From an uncultured delta proteobacterium (GTDB lineage: Bacteria > Myxococcota > Myxococcia > Myxococcales > Myxococcaceae), in NCBI GenBank assembly GCA_963771175.1, contig CAVYSY010000032.1, forward strand, positions 64,001-128,000: a stretch of 64,000 nucleotides of DNA, written 5' to 3'. Below, in pieces: positions 53,981 through 63,303 of the stretch. The translations under genes and the position numbers were made by a program. Within the stretch, counting starts at the first letter, position 1; each line of letters begins with the position of its first letter. The notes below the pieces were generated by a model that worked only from the letters and a program-made list of their open reading frames with translations, did no database searches and was not told the DNA's origin.

Positions 53981-54844
53981 ATGTCCATTCCGCGTTCAGC
54001 TCCTTTGACACCTCCCAGGGCATCCCGGCGCCTCCTCACGGTCTCCGTGGCCGTGCTCCTCTGCCTGTCCTGCGCCCCCGTCCCCCTTGCGCCTCGCGGC
54101 TCACCCGCGAGAACCAGCTTCACTGGAACGCGCAGCGGCACCCCGGCCCAGTTCAACCAGTCGTGTGGAGCGGCCTGTGGTGCCCCCGTCGCCCCGGGCA
54201 CCGGGGAGATTCTCGCGCCAACGGTCACTCGGGCCGGACAGGTACTCGAGAAGGTCGTCCAAGCCACCGAGGCTCTCAACGGTCTCCTCATCGTCTCGAA
54301 GTTCCTCGACGAGGCCCAGAAGGCGAAGGCCGAGAAAATCCTGGCCGAGTGCGCCAGCGTCGCCAACTTCAAGGTCAACGAGGAACTCTTCGGCGAAGGG
54401 AAGTCCCTACCCGAGTCCGAGTGCCTGAAAAAGCCCACCGTCGCGAATCCAACCGCTGACACATGGGGGCAGCACCTCGGCAACCTCAAACACAAAGCAG
54501 CCTTCCTCTGCGTCCAGGAGCGTCTGACCAAGGAGTTCCCTCACAACTTCTCCATCGAGCCTCGCTATCGCCAGGACAAGATGACAAAAGACGTCATGCT
54601 CACCGACAGAAAGAGTGGCTCGCTCAGGCCGGACGTGGTTCTCCACTTCACTCGAAACGCAACACGGATCCAGTGTATCTACGATTTCAAGTTTCCGTGC
54701 CTGCGAAAAGATCGAATCAACCCACTCAAGGACTCTGACATCAGGGACCAATTGAAGGCGTACTTCGATCTCGAACGCAGTTGCATTCCCGCCATTGTCA
54801 CTCCCGCCCACGGTGTCTACCGCCCTGCCCCTGACTCCCTCTGA
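53981..54844 (+). CDS. Lipoprotein with PD-(D/E)xK nuclease-like domain, putative toxin (copy 1)
   Basis: LLCLSC lipobox; FSIEPRY, RPDVVLH, IYDFKFPC. Confidence 0.75.
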   Translation: MSIPRSAPLTPPRASRRLLTVSVAVLLCLSCAPVPLAPRGSPARTSFTGTRSGTPAQFNQSCGAACGAPVAPGTGEILAPTVTRAGQVLEKVVQATEALNGLLIVSKFLDEAQKAKAEKILAECASVANFKVNEELFGEGKSLPESECLKKPTVANPTADTWGQHLGNLKHKAAFLCVQERLTKEFPHNFSIEPRYRQDKMTKDVMLTDRKSGSLRPDVVLHFTRNATRIQCIYDFKFPCLRKDRINPLKDSDIRDQLKAYFDLERSCIPAIVTPAHGVYRPAPDSL

Positions 54845-55854
54845 TGCTCCAGCACTATCCTCGAATTCGACCGCATGGCGTCTACCCTCCAGACAGCCAG
54901 GAAGGAGGCGAGCGTCTCCTCGCGCGGGAGGTGATTCATTTCGTCTTCTACATGCCACACGATCACCCGGACCTCGCCGCGGGAGTGGCCCACGCCTTCG
55001 ACAGCTATATGAAAGCTGTCGGTGAAGGGCCCAACACGATCAACTCCTGTGCCTTCAACTACTACGATCATGGCCCCCTCTCCGAAGAGCGCTGGAGCCG
55101 CGTCCGCCAATTGCTGCTGCCAGACCGTCCGTTCCGTTACGTGGAAGATTGCACGAACGAGTACCGGGTCAGGGAGATGGAAAAGAGCGGCAGAGAGACG
55201 TGGATTCACCTGGATAACGACCTACAGGAACTCTCGGGCTTTCAACTCACCTACTCAGCCCGTATCCCGACCCGCGACCGGCAGCCATCCGACAACGACG
55301 TGAGCTATCTCGAGGGCATGCTGCCGACCGAGTGCCTTGAGGAACGCGGGCCCGCTGCGGTGAGGGAGCTGATGCTCGACCTGGCTTCGGGCCTTCACTT
55401 CGCCAGTGGCCATGCGGGGCTGAGCTTCGATTCCGTCGTCGGGGACGTGTTCTTCACACGCCGAATCCGCACCGAGCTCCTTCGCCATCCGGGGATCAGT
55501 CTCAACCACGGCTCTGCTCCGGCCTGGATGGGCACGCGCGTGGACGGAGTGCACTGGCTCAACTTCCTGGGCCCTCCCGTCCTTCAGGAGCTGGGCGGCG
55601 TGTCCGCACTGCGTTCCCGCCTGCACTCTCCTGAAACGACTGTCCAGGCAATCGACGGAACGCGGGCCGTCGTGACACTGGGAAATTGGCCTGAAGCGGG
55701 CGATCTCACCCGAGGCAACGCGATCCCCGCCTACCGCGAGTTCGGCCGACTGCTGGAGCCCTGGCTCGACAAGCCCTTCGAGGACCCCAGGTTTCGCGTC
55801 GAGGGCTTCACCCAGGAAGAAGCCATGGGTTGGGCCCGGCGTTTCCTCGACTGA
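54844..55854 (+). CDS. DUF3396/TsiV-like immunity protein (copy 1)
   Basis: FASGHAGLSF, RHPG, GVHWLNFLG, PEAGD, PAYRE, WARRFLD. Confidence 0.85.
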   Translation: MLQHYPRIRPHGVYPPDSQEGGERLLAREVIHFVFYMPHDHPDLAAGVAHAFDSYMKAVGEGPNTINSCAFNYYDHGPLSEERWSRVRQLLLPDRPFRYVEDCTNEYRVREMEKSGRETWIHLDNDLQELSGFQLTYSARIPTRDRQPSDNDVSYLEGMLPTECLEERGPAAVRELMLDLASGLHFASGHAGLSFDSVVGDVFFTRRIRTELLRHPGISLNHGSAPAWMGTRVDGVHWLNFLGPPVLQELGGVSALRSRLHSPETTVQAIDGTRAVVTLGNWPEAGDLTRGNAIPAYREFGRLLEPWLDKPFEDPRFRVEGFTQEEAMGWARRFLD

Positions 55855-55901
55855 ACTACGAGGAGGGAGACACGTTCGAGTCCTTTGACACCTTCCCGGC
55901 C

Positions 55902-56131
55902 GCGCACGGGCCCGAGGACGGTGCAACTTCGTCATCCACCGCTTCGCCCCGGGCTTCAACGGCTCGCCGGAGCAGTTCTTTCACAGCTACGGCCACTATC
56001 AGTTCGACTTCACGCGCGAGTCCTCGGGCTGGCGCATCCGCGGCATCACCCAGGTGGTCCTCCAGAATCATGGCAACCCAGCGCTCCATTCTGGAACCCG
56101 CGGAGCACCGACGCCCGCGAAGCAGCCGTAG
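55902..56131 (+). pseudogene. 3' fragment of SnoaL gene carried in the duplication
   Basis: Near-identical to 53661-53890, no start codon. Confidence 0.85.
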
Positions 56132-56221
56132 CGAGGCGAGGACCACGGAGGCATGCTACCGAGACCCCACTCTGCTCACATCCCCATCCGGGGCTCGACC
56201 TACACCCCTCCGACCCGAGAC

Positions 56222-57082
56222 ATGTCCATTCCGCGTTCAGCTCCTTTGACACCTCCCAGGGCATCCCGGCGCCTCCTCACGGTCTCCGTGGCCGTGCTCC
56301 TCTGCCTGTCCTGCGCCCCCGTCCCCCTTGCGCCTCGCGGCTCACCCGCGAGAACCAGCTTCACTGGAACGCGCAGCGGCACCCCGGCCCAGTTCAACCA
56401 GTCGTGTGGAGCGGCCTGTGGTGCCCCCGTCGCCCCGGGCACCGGGGAGATTCTCGCGCCAACGGTCACTCGGGCCGGACAGGTACTCGAGAAGGTCGCC
56501 CAAGCCACCGAGGCGCTCAACGGTCTCCTCACCGTCTCGAAGTTCCTCGACGAGGCCCAGCGGGCGAAGGCCGAGAAGATCCTGACCGAGTGCGCCAGCG
56601 AAGCCAACTTCAAGGTCAACGAGGAACTTTTCGGGAAGGGGAAGTCGTTGCCCGAATCCGAATGCGACAAGGAGCCCAACGCCAAGAACAAAACCGCTGA
56701 CACCTGGAGGCAGCACCTCGGCAATCTCAAGCACGCAGCCGCCTTCATCTGCGTGCAGGAGCGCCTGGCAGCGGAGTTTCCAAACAATTTCACTATCGAG
56801 CCTCGCTACCGAAGAGAGGAGTTCACGAATGAGCTCCTCCTGACAGATAGATGGCGCGGCTCTCAACGGCCAGACGTGGTCCTCCACTTCACCCGCAACG
56901 CCACTCGAATTCAGTGCATCTACGACTTCAAATTCCCCTGTGATACCGCTGACCGCAGCAACCCCCTCGCCGACCCGCGCACCGAGGCGCAGCTCCTCAA
57001 ATACAAAGATCTCGGCAACGAGGATTGCCTACCAGCGGCCATCACCCCCAGCCTCGGAATCAGCAGGCTCTCCTCCCAATGA
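56222..57082 (+). CDS. PD-(D/E)xK-like toxin lipoprotein (copy 2, diverged C-terminus)
   Basis: Identical N-terminus; RPDVVLH..IYDFKFPC retained. Confidence 0.75.
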   Translation: MSIPRSAPLTPPRASRRLLTVSVAVLLCLSCAPVPLAPRGSPARTSFTGTRSGTPAQFNQSCGAACGAPVAPGTGEILAPTVTRAGQVLEKVAQATEALNGLLTVSKFLDEAQRAKAEKILTECASEANFKVNEELFGKGKSLPESECDKEPNAKNKTADTWRQHLGNLKHAAAFICVQERLAAEFPNNFTIEPRYRREEFTNELLLTDRWRGSQRPDVVLHFTRNATRIQCIYDFKFPCDTADRSNPLADPRTEAQLLKYKDLGNEDCLPAAITPSLGISRLSSQ

Positions 57083-58086
57083 CACAACACTACCCCCGGA
57101 TTCGTCCCTACGGTGTCTATCCTCCCGAGAAGGAGGCCGGCGAGCGTGTCCTCGCGAGAGAGGTGATCCATTTCGTCTTCTACATGCCGCATGATCACCC
57201 GGATCTCGCCGCCGGAGTATCCCACGCATTCGACCGCTACATGAAAGCGGTGGGCGAAGGGCCAGACACCATCAATGCCTGCGCTTTCGGTCACTACACT
57301 CACGGCCCCCTTTCCGACGAGCGGTGGAAACGCATCCGCGAGCTGCTGCTGCCCGACCGTCCCTTCCGCTACGCCGAGGATTGTACCGACCCGTATCGCC
57401 TTAGGGAGCTGGAGAAGGGCGGCAACGAGACATGGATTCACCTGAGCAACGGGCACGACAGACTCTCGGGCTTCAAGCTCACCTACTCAGCCCGTATTCC
57501 GTCCCGAGACCGGGAGCCGTCCGACTACGATGTGAGCTACCTTGAGGGCATGCTGCCGACCGAGTACCTTGAGGAGCATGGCCCCGCTGCGGTGAGGGAG
57601 CTGATGCTCGACCTGGCTTCGGGTCTTCATTTCGCCAGTGGCCATGTGGGGTTGAGCTTCGATTCTCTCATCGGGGACGTGTTCTTTACGCCCCGAATCC
57701 GCACTGAGCTCCTGCGCCATCCGGGGATCAGTCTCAATCATGGATCCATTCCGGACTGGATGGGCACGCGCGTGGACGGAGTGCACTGGCTCAACTTCCT
57801 GGGCCCTCCCGTCCTTCAGGAACTGGGCGGAGTGTCCGCACTTCGTTCCCGCCTGCACTCACCTGAAGCGACGGTCCAGGCAATCGACGGGACTCGAGCC
57901 GTCGTAACGCTGGGGGATTGGCCCGAAGCGGGCGATCTCACCCAAGGCAACGCGCTCCCCGCCTATCGCGAGTTCGGCCGCGGACTGGAGCCCTGGCTCG
58001 ACAAGCCCTTCGAGAACCCCAGGTTCCGTGTCGAAGGATTCACTCAGGAAGAAGCCATGGGTTGGGCCCGGCGTTTCCTCGACTGA
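57079..58086 (+). CDS. DUF3396/TsiV-like immunity protein (copy 2)
   Basis: ATGA-coupled; same motifs as copy 1. Confidence 0.85.
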   Translation: MTQHYPRIRPYGVYPPEKEAGERVLAREVIHFVFYMPHDHPDLAAGVSHAFDRYMKAVGEGPDTINACAFGHYTHGPLSDERWKRIRELLLPDRPFRYAEDCTDPYRLRELEKGGNETWIHLSNGHDRLSGFKLTYSARIPSRDREPSDYDVSYLEGMLPTEYLEEHGPAAVRELMLDLASGLHFASGHVGLSFDSLIGDVFFTPRIRTELLRHPGISLNHGSIPDWMGTRVDGVHWLNFLGPPVLQELGGVSALRSRLHSPEATVQAIDGTRAVVTLGDWPEAGDLTQGNALPAYREFGRGLEPWLDKPFENPRFRVEGFTQEEAMGWARRFLD

Positions 58087-58214
58087 ACTGAAAGGTGAGA
58101 AACTCGTTCGAGCCCTTTGGCACCTTCCCGGGAGCACCAAATCCAATCAACCCCACTGACGGCAGCAAACCTCGTGGGAGAAAAACTTCGGACAGCGGAA
58201 GTAATCGAGCAATC

Positions 58215-59374
58215 TCAGAATGGAATGCTATCATCCGAAGGGCAATTGGAGCATCCATCTTCGGCCGTGTTTCTATACCTATCCTTCTTATTCATCAGCG
58301 TTCCACATTTGTCACACCAAACAAGATCATAGTTCCGATTCCCGCAATCCGCACAATACTGATTGTTATTAAATTCGGCACCGCAGCGCTCACACGGGTA
58401 CACCAACCTGCTTCCGCAGGCCCCACAAAATGGCTTGTGTGTATTTCTTATGAGACCAGGACCATCATACCAGCCGCCCTTGCCCCACCTCGTGGTTGGA
58501 CAGCGCACATTCAAGCAAAGGGCATCTCCTGGCTCAACTCGCTCAACTACAGCAACCTCCAGACGCTCCAGCTCTACTCTAAAATCATTTGCGCTCTGAA
58601 AACGCTTGGCTGGATCAATGTGACAAGCCTTCCTCAGCAGCTCTCGGAAAAATGGAGAGAGTTGCGACAAATCATTCTCCACAAGCTCAGGCCTGCTAAT
58701 TCTGCGCCCAACGAGCAACTCAAAAAGAACAAGCCCCAACAAAAGAGGTCTGCCCGTCGGTCAACTTCTCTCCCTGAAATTTGCTCGGGAGCCGCATAGA
58801 CCCAGGTACCAGGAGTCCTTTTGTCACCTGTTATGCGAGTGAGCCCTGGCGCAGGGCTCAAGCTAACACCTATTGAGAAATCAATCAGGTAGCAGTGCCC
58901 AGTCTTTGAAACCAGCACATTCTCAGGCTTGACGTCCCTGTGGACAATGTTGTTTTGATGAACGCATGCAAGGGCGCCTAATATCTGCTTAACATACGAT
59001 GTGGCCGTCTTGGGATTTTGTTTCCCATTGCCGATGACCGCATCAAGCCCATGGCCATCGATAAACTGCATAATGATGTACGGTATTGACACATTCACAA
59101 GAGTTGCATTGCCACAAGAGAGCACAAAGGGTATCGAGGGATGCTGAGATTTAGCTAGAAGTTTGGCTTCGCGCTCAAACCGTTTCCGACCGACGGCGTC
59201 GGATTTTCGGCTGGGGTGATCAAAAAACTTAATTGCCAATTCGCGCGCAAGCTTCGGTTGCGTTGCTAGATAAACATTGCCCGAGGCTCCGCGTCCAAGG
59301 CGCTTCCCAAGTATAAGATTGTGCTGTTTGAAGTATTCGATGTACTCACGGGGTGCCTCTGCGTCATTAGCCAT
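58215..59374 (-). CDS. Low-GC Ser/Thr kinase with C-terminal multi-CxxC zinc ribbons (frameshift ~58740)
   Basis: GRGASG, AIK, HRDVKPEN, DFS, YAAPE; FCGACG, CERCG, CADCG, CDKCG, CSNC. Confidence 0.8.
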
Positions 59375-60020
59375 TCGATTCTTCCTCTGCGGTCCTTATG
59401 CGACATGCAGATCAGCCTGATTCCGCAGTATCGCAGTGGGCACAGGGAGGGGAAGAGGTCTCAGTTCCTTCGAACGGCCACCAGATGAACGGAAGGACGG
59501 CCCCGGAGGCCCCCCATGCGGTTCGGCAACAGAGATTGAAGACGAGAGCCCTCTGGAGCACCGAGGCGCAGTGTTCCCAGGGCGCACGCCTTTCCTGGCC
59601 ACTTGCCCATGAAGACTATGGCAGGTGCTGACAATCCCTGCTTTTCAGTTCAACACCACGCATCTTGAGGTGTCCCGCACGGGAGCAGCTTGCAGGAGCC
59701 CTGGGGAACTACAAATGCACCGGGATAGGCCGAACTCAACCCTTGCGCCTTCAATCTCCCAGGTCATGCGTACATGTGCAGCAGCAACGCAGCGGGACGG
59801 CCTCGTCGCTCAGCAAACTCCAGAAGCAGAGCACCCACATTCCCGCCCAGGAAGTGGACAAGCCAGCGGGGCAGAAGTCACGTCCCCTGGCAGAAGATGG
59901 AGCCACTACATCCGGCACCACCTCATAGAACAGAGTTCACCGGTCGCATGCACCGCTCCTTCCCCCTTGCCCACCCTAACTACACCCCGCCAAGGTCCAT
60001 ACTACTGGGTGCGCACCAAC

Positions 60021-60064
60021 GAAAAAACCCGGGGTCGCTCTGGGAGGGACGCGACCCCGGGGTT
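60021..60064 (-). terminator. Intrinsic terminator downstream of ftsA
   Basis: ccccggggtcgc-loop-gcgaccccggg stem followed by a T6 run on the minus strand. Confidence 0.8.
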
Positions 60065-60087
60065 CACTGCGGTACTGCGACAGCTCT

Positions 60088-61320
60088 CTAGAAGATCTCC
60101 TCGAGCCACTCGCGCATGCGGCCCTTGACCTTCTTGTAGACGTTCTCCTCGCGGATCCGGAACATCCGCCGGTCCAGGTGCTTCGCCCCGTACACCACCA
60201 GGCCCACGCCCGTCGCGTACATGGGGCTCTTCACCACGTCCACCAGCCCGCCAATCCCCCTCGGCATGCCCCGGCGCACCGGCAGCCCGATGACTTCCTC
60301 GGCCAGCTCCGGCATCCCCGCCAGCAGCGTCGAGCCTCCCGTAATCACCACGCCCGAGGCCAGCAGGTCCTCGTAGCCGCACTTCTGGATCTCCCGGTGC
60401 ACCAGCTGGAAGATCTCCTCCACCCGCGGCTCCAGAATCTCACACAGAATCTGCCGCCCCAGCACCCGCGGCTGCCGCCCGCCCACGCTCGGCACCTCGA
60501 GCGTCTCGTCCTTGTTCACCATCGAGGCCAGCGCGCAGCCGAACTTCTGCTTGATGCGCTCGGCCTCGTGCGCCGGCGTCCGCAGGCCAATCGCGATGTC
60601 GCTCGTCAGGTTGTTGCCCCCGAGCGCGATCACCGCCGTGTGCACGATGGAGCCGCCCGAGAAGATGGCGATGTCCGTGGTGCCCCCGCCGATGTCCACC
60701 AGGCACACCCCCAGCTCCTTCTCGTCCTCTCCCAGCACCGCCTCGGCCGACGCCAGCGGCTGCAGCACGATGTCCGACACGTTCAGGCCCGTGCGGTTCG
60801 CGCACTTCACGATGTTCTGCGCGCTCGACACCGCGCCGGTGACGATGTGCACCTTGGCCTCCAGGCGCACTCCCGCCATCCCCAGCGGCTCCTTGATGCC
60901 GCCCTGGTCGTCGATGATGAACTCCTGCGGCAGGACGTGGATGACCTCCCGGTCCAGCGGAATCGCCACGGCCTTGGCGGCGTCGATGACGCGGGCGATG
61001 TCCGCCTCGCGCACCTCCTTGTCCTTCACCGCCACGATCCCCTGCGAGTTGAAGCCCTTGATGTGGCCACCGGCGATGCCGGTGTACACGTGGGAGATCT
61101 CCGCCCCCGCCATCAGCTCGGCCTCCTCCACCGCGCGACGGATGGAGGCCACGGTCGCCTCGATGTTGACGACCACGCCCTTGCGCAGGCCCTTCGACGG
61201 GTGCGTCCCGATGCCGATGATGTCGATCCCATTGTCGGTGAGCTCCCCGACGATGGCGCAGATCTTCGTCGTGCCGATGTCGAGGCCGACGATGATCTCC
61301 CCGGACTTCTGCTTCGCCAT
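60088..61320 (-). CDS. ftsA: Cell division protein FtsA
   Basis: GLDIGTTK, DIGGGTTD, VITGG, YATGVGL. Confidence 0.98.
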   Translation of the reverse strand: MAKQKSGEIIVGLDIGTTKICAIVGELTDNGIDIIGIGTHPSKGLRKGVVVNIEATVASIRRAVEEAELMAGAEISHVYTGIAGGHIKGFNSQGIVAVKDKEVREADIARVIDAAKAVAIPLDREVIHVLPQEFIIDDQGGIKEPLGMAGVRLEAKVHIVTGAVSSAQNIVKCANRTGLNVSDIVLQPLASAEAVLGEDEKELGVCLVDIGGGTTDIAIFSGGSIVHTAVIALGGNNLTSDIAIGLRTPAHEAERIKQKFGCALASMVNKDETLEVPSVGGRQPRVLGRQILCEILEPRVEEIFQLVHREIQKCGYEDLLASGVVITGGSTLLAGMPELAEEVIGLPVRRGMPRGIGGLVDVVKSPMYATGVGLVVYGAKHLDRRMFRIREENVYKKVKGRMREWLEEIF

Positions 61321-61364
61321 GGACTCCCTCCCAGGCCCCCCACTCTCGTGAAAGGGGCGCGTCC

Positions 61365-62220
61365 TTACTGCGCCGAGGCCCCGCTCCTCTCGGACCGGGG
61401 CTCGAAAGTCTTCACCGCCACCCAGCCGGGACGCGCCCGGTTGTCCAGGTGGATTGTCTGTGCGGACAGCCCGCGCGCGACGCAGCTCGTCGCGCACCCG
61501 CGCCAGCCGCTGCAGCTTCGCGTCCGTCTCCCCCTCCCCCAGCAACACCTCCAGCCCCGTCCGCCGACACCAGCACCATCCCCGCGGGCGTCACCCGCAC
61601 CTCGCTCAGCCGCTCGCGCTTGCCGGGCTGCCGGGCCGCGTAGGCCTCCGCCACCGCCAGCGCCTCACGGACGCGCTCGCGCACTCCCGCCTCGTCCGCC
61701 AGGTAGCCCTCCCGGTCCAGCCCCGTGAGGAGCGGCAGGTCCACCTTGTCCCCGGGCTGCAGCCGCTTGAAGGGCTCGCCCTGCTCGTCCAGCAGGTAGA
61801 GGTCCCCGAGCGTCGCCAGCGCCGCCGGCACGTGCTCGGTCACCTCCACCGACACGCTGGAGGGGAAGTGGCGTCGCACCTCCACGGTGCGCACCCAGGG
61901 GTGGGCGGACATGGCGCGCTCCAGCGGCTCCACGTCCAGCGACCACAGGTTCTGCCCCACCGTCAGCCCGGACAGCTTGAGCAGCTCGCCCGGGGCGGCC
62001 CGCTGCAGCCCGCTGAAGGTCGTCTCCTTCAGCAGGAAGGTGGGCGAGGAGAGCGCCCAGCGCCGCAGCTCGACTCCGCCCCACACCAGGGCCAGGTCAG
62101 ACCCGTCAGTAAGATGGCCTTCAGCAGGCCGGGACCGTGCGTGCGCACGGCTCCCTTGACGGCCTCCTTCCTCTCGGAGGCGTCCTGGCGACGACGGTTC
62201 TTGGACTTACCGAATGCCAT
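61365..62220 (-). CDS. ftsQ: Cell division protein FtsQ (indels)
   Basis: POTRA HPWVRTVEVRRHFP, DLPLLTG; position between ddl and ftsA. Confidence 0.85.
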
Positions 62221-62346
62221 GGTGTGCGTCGGCGCATGCTGCGCGCGGTTGGATCTCCACGCCAGTTTTTCGCTACAGCCACGTCGCTGTAGCGATCGGC
62301 TCCCCTGAAGGGACCGGCAAGTCCACTTCATCCGGGGGACGGCATC

Positions 62347-63303
62347 TCAGGCCTTGAGACTGGCCCCTTGCAGCAGGCGCTCGCACAGGGCGGGGAAGTC
62401 GATGCCCCGGCCCGCGGCGATCTTCGGCAGCAGGCTGGCCTCGGTCATTCCCGGGCAGCGTGTTGATCTCCAACAGGAAGACCTCACCGGACGGCGTCAG
62501 GATGACGTCCGAGCGGGTGCCTCCACTGCATCCAAGCGCGCGATGGGCACCAAGGCAGACCTGGTTCACGCGCTCGTACTGATCCGGCGGGAGGGGGGCC
62601 GGGAAGAGGTACTTCGTGGTTCCCCCGGATTGGTACTTGGCCTGGTAGTCGTAGAACTCCCGCGCGGCCACCACCTCGATGACGCCGAGGGCCTCGTCGT
62701 CGAGGACCGCCGCCCTGCACCTCGCGGCCCTTGATGTACTGCTCGACCAGGATGGTGCCGGCCAGCTTGGAGGCGTCCTCGACGGCGGCGAGGTACTCCT
62801 CGCGCGTCTTGCACGATGTGGACGCCGACGCTGCTGCCCTCGCGGGAGGGCTTGACGACGGCCGGGAGGCCGAAGGGCAGCGAGTCCACGGCGGCCCGGG
62901 CCTCCTCGCGGTGCGGAAGGCGCGGTAGGGCGGCGTGGGGATGCCGTGGGCGATGAAGACCTGCTTGGCGAAGACCTTGTCCATGCCCAGGGACGAGGCC
63001 AGCACGCCGCTGCCGGTATAGGGGATGAACATGCGACTCGAGCAGCCCCTGGACGCAGCCGTCCTCGCCGTAGCGGCCGTGGAGGGCGATGAAGGCCACC
63101 TCCACCTTCTCGGCCACGAGGCGCGCGGGCAGGTCCTTGCCCACGTCGATCTCCACCACGTCGTAGCCGAGCCCCCGCAGGGCCTTGGCCACGGCGGCGC
63201 CGGTGCGCAGCGACACCTCGCGCTCGGAGGACAGGCCTCCCAGCAACACACCCACCCGCTTCCGCTTCAGCTCTTCCTTGGAGATGGTGCTCACGGTGCT
63301 CAT
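62347..63303 (-). CDS. ddl: D-alanine--D-alanine ligase (indels)
   Basis: [39 protein letters not shown]. Confidence 0.9.

Larger units (their letters stand above)
53661..58131 (+). repeat. Tandem duplication, offset 2241 bp (53661-55899 and 55902-58131)
   Basis: gcgcacgggcccgaggacggtgcaac at 53661 and 55902; both units end in the island motif (55874, 58106) and carry an internal copy (53994, 56235). Confidence 0.9.

Noticed and set aside
42836..58131. Island motif as CRISPR repeat or canonical integron attC
   Set aside because: Irregular kb-scale spacing, no cas or intI gene, no GTTRRRY/RYYYAAC hairpin pairs.
59396..60020. Short ORFs upstream of the kinase
   Set aside because: No motifs or codon bias; not called.
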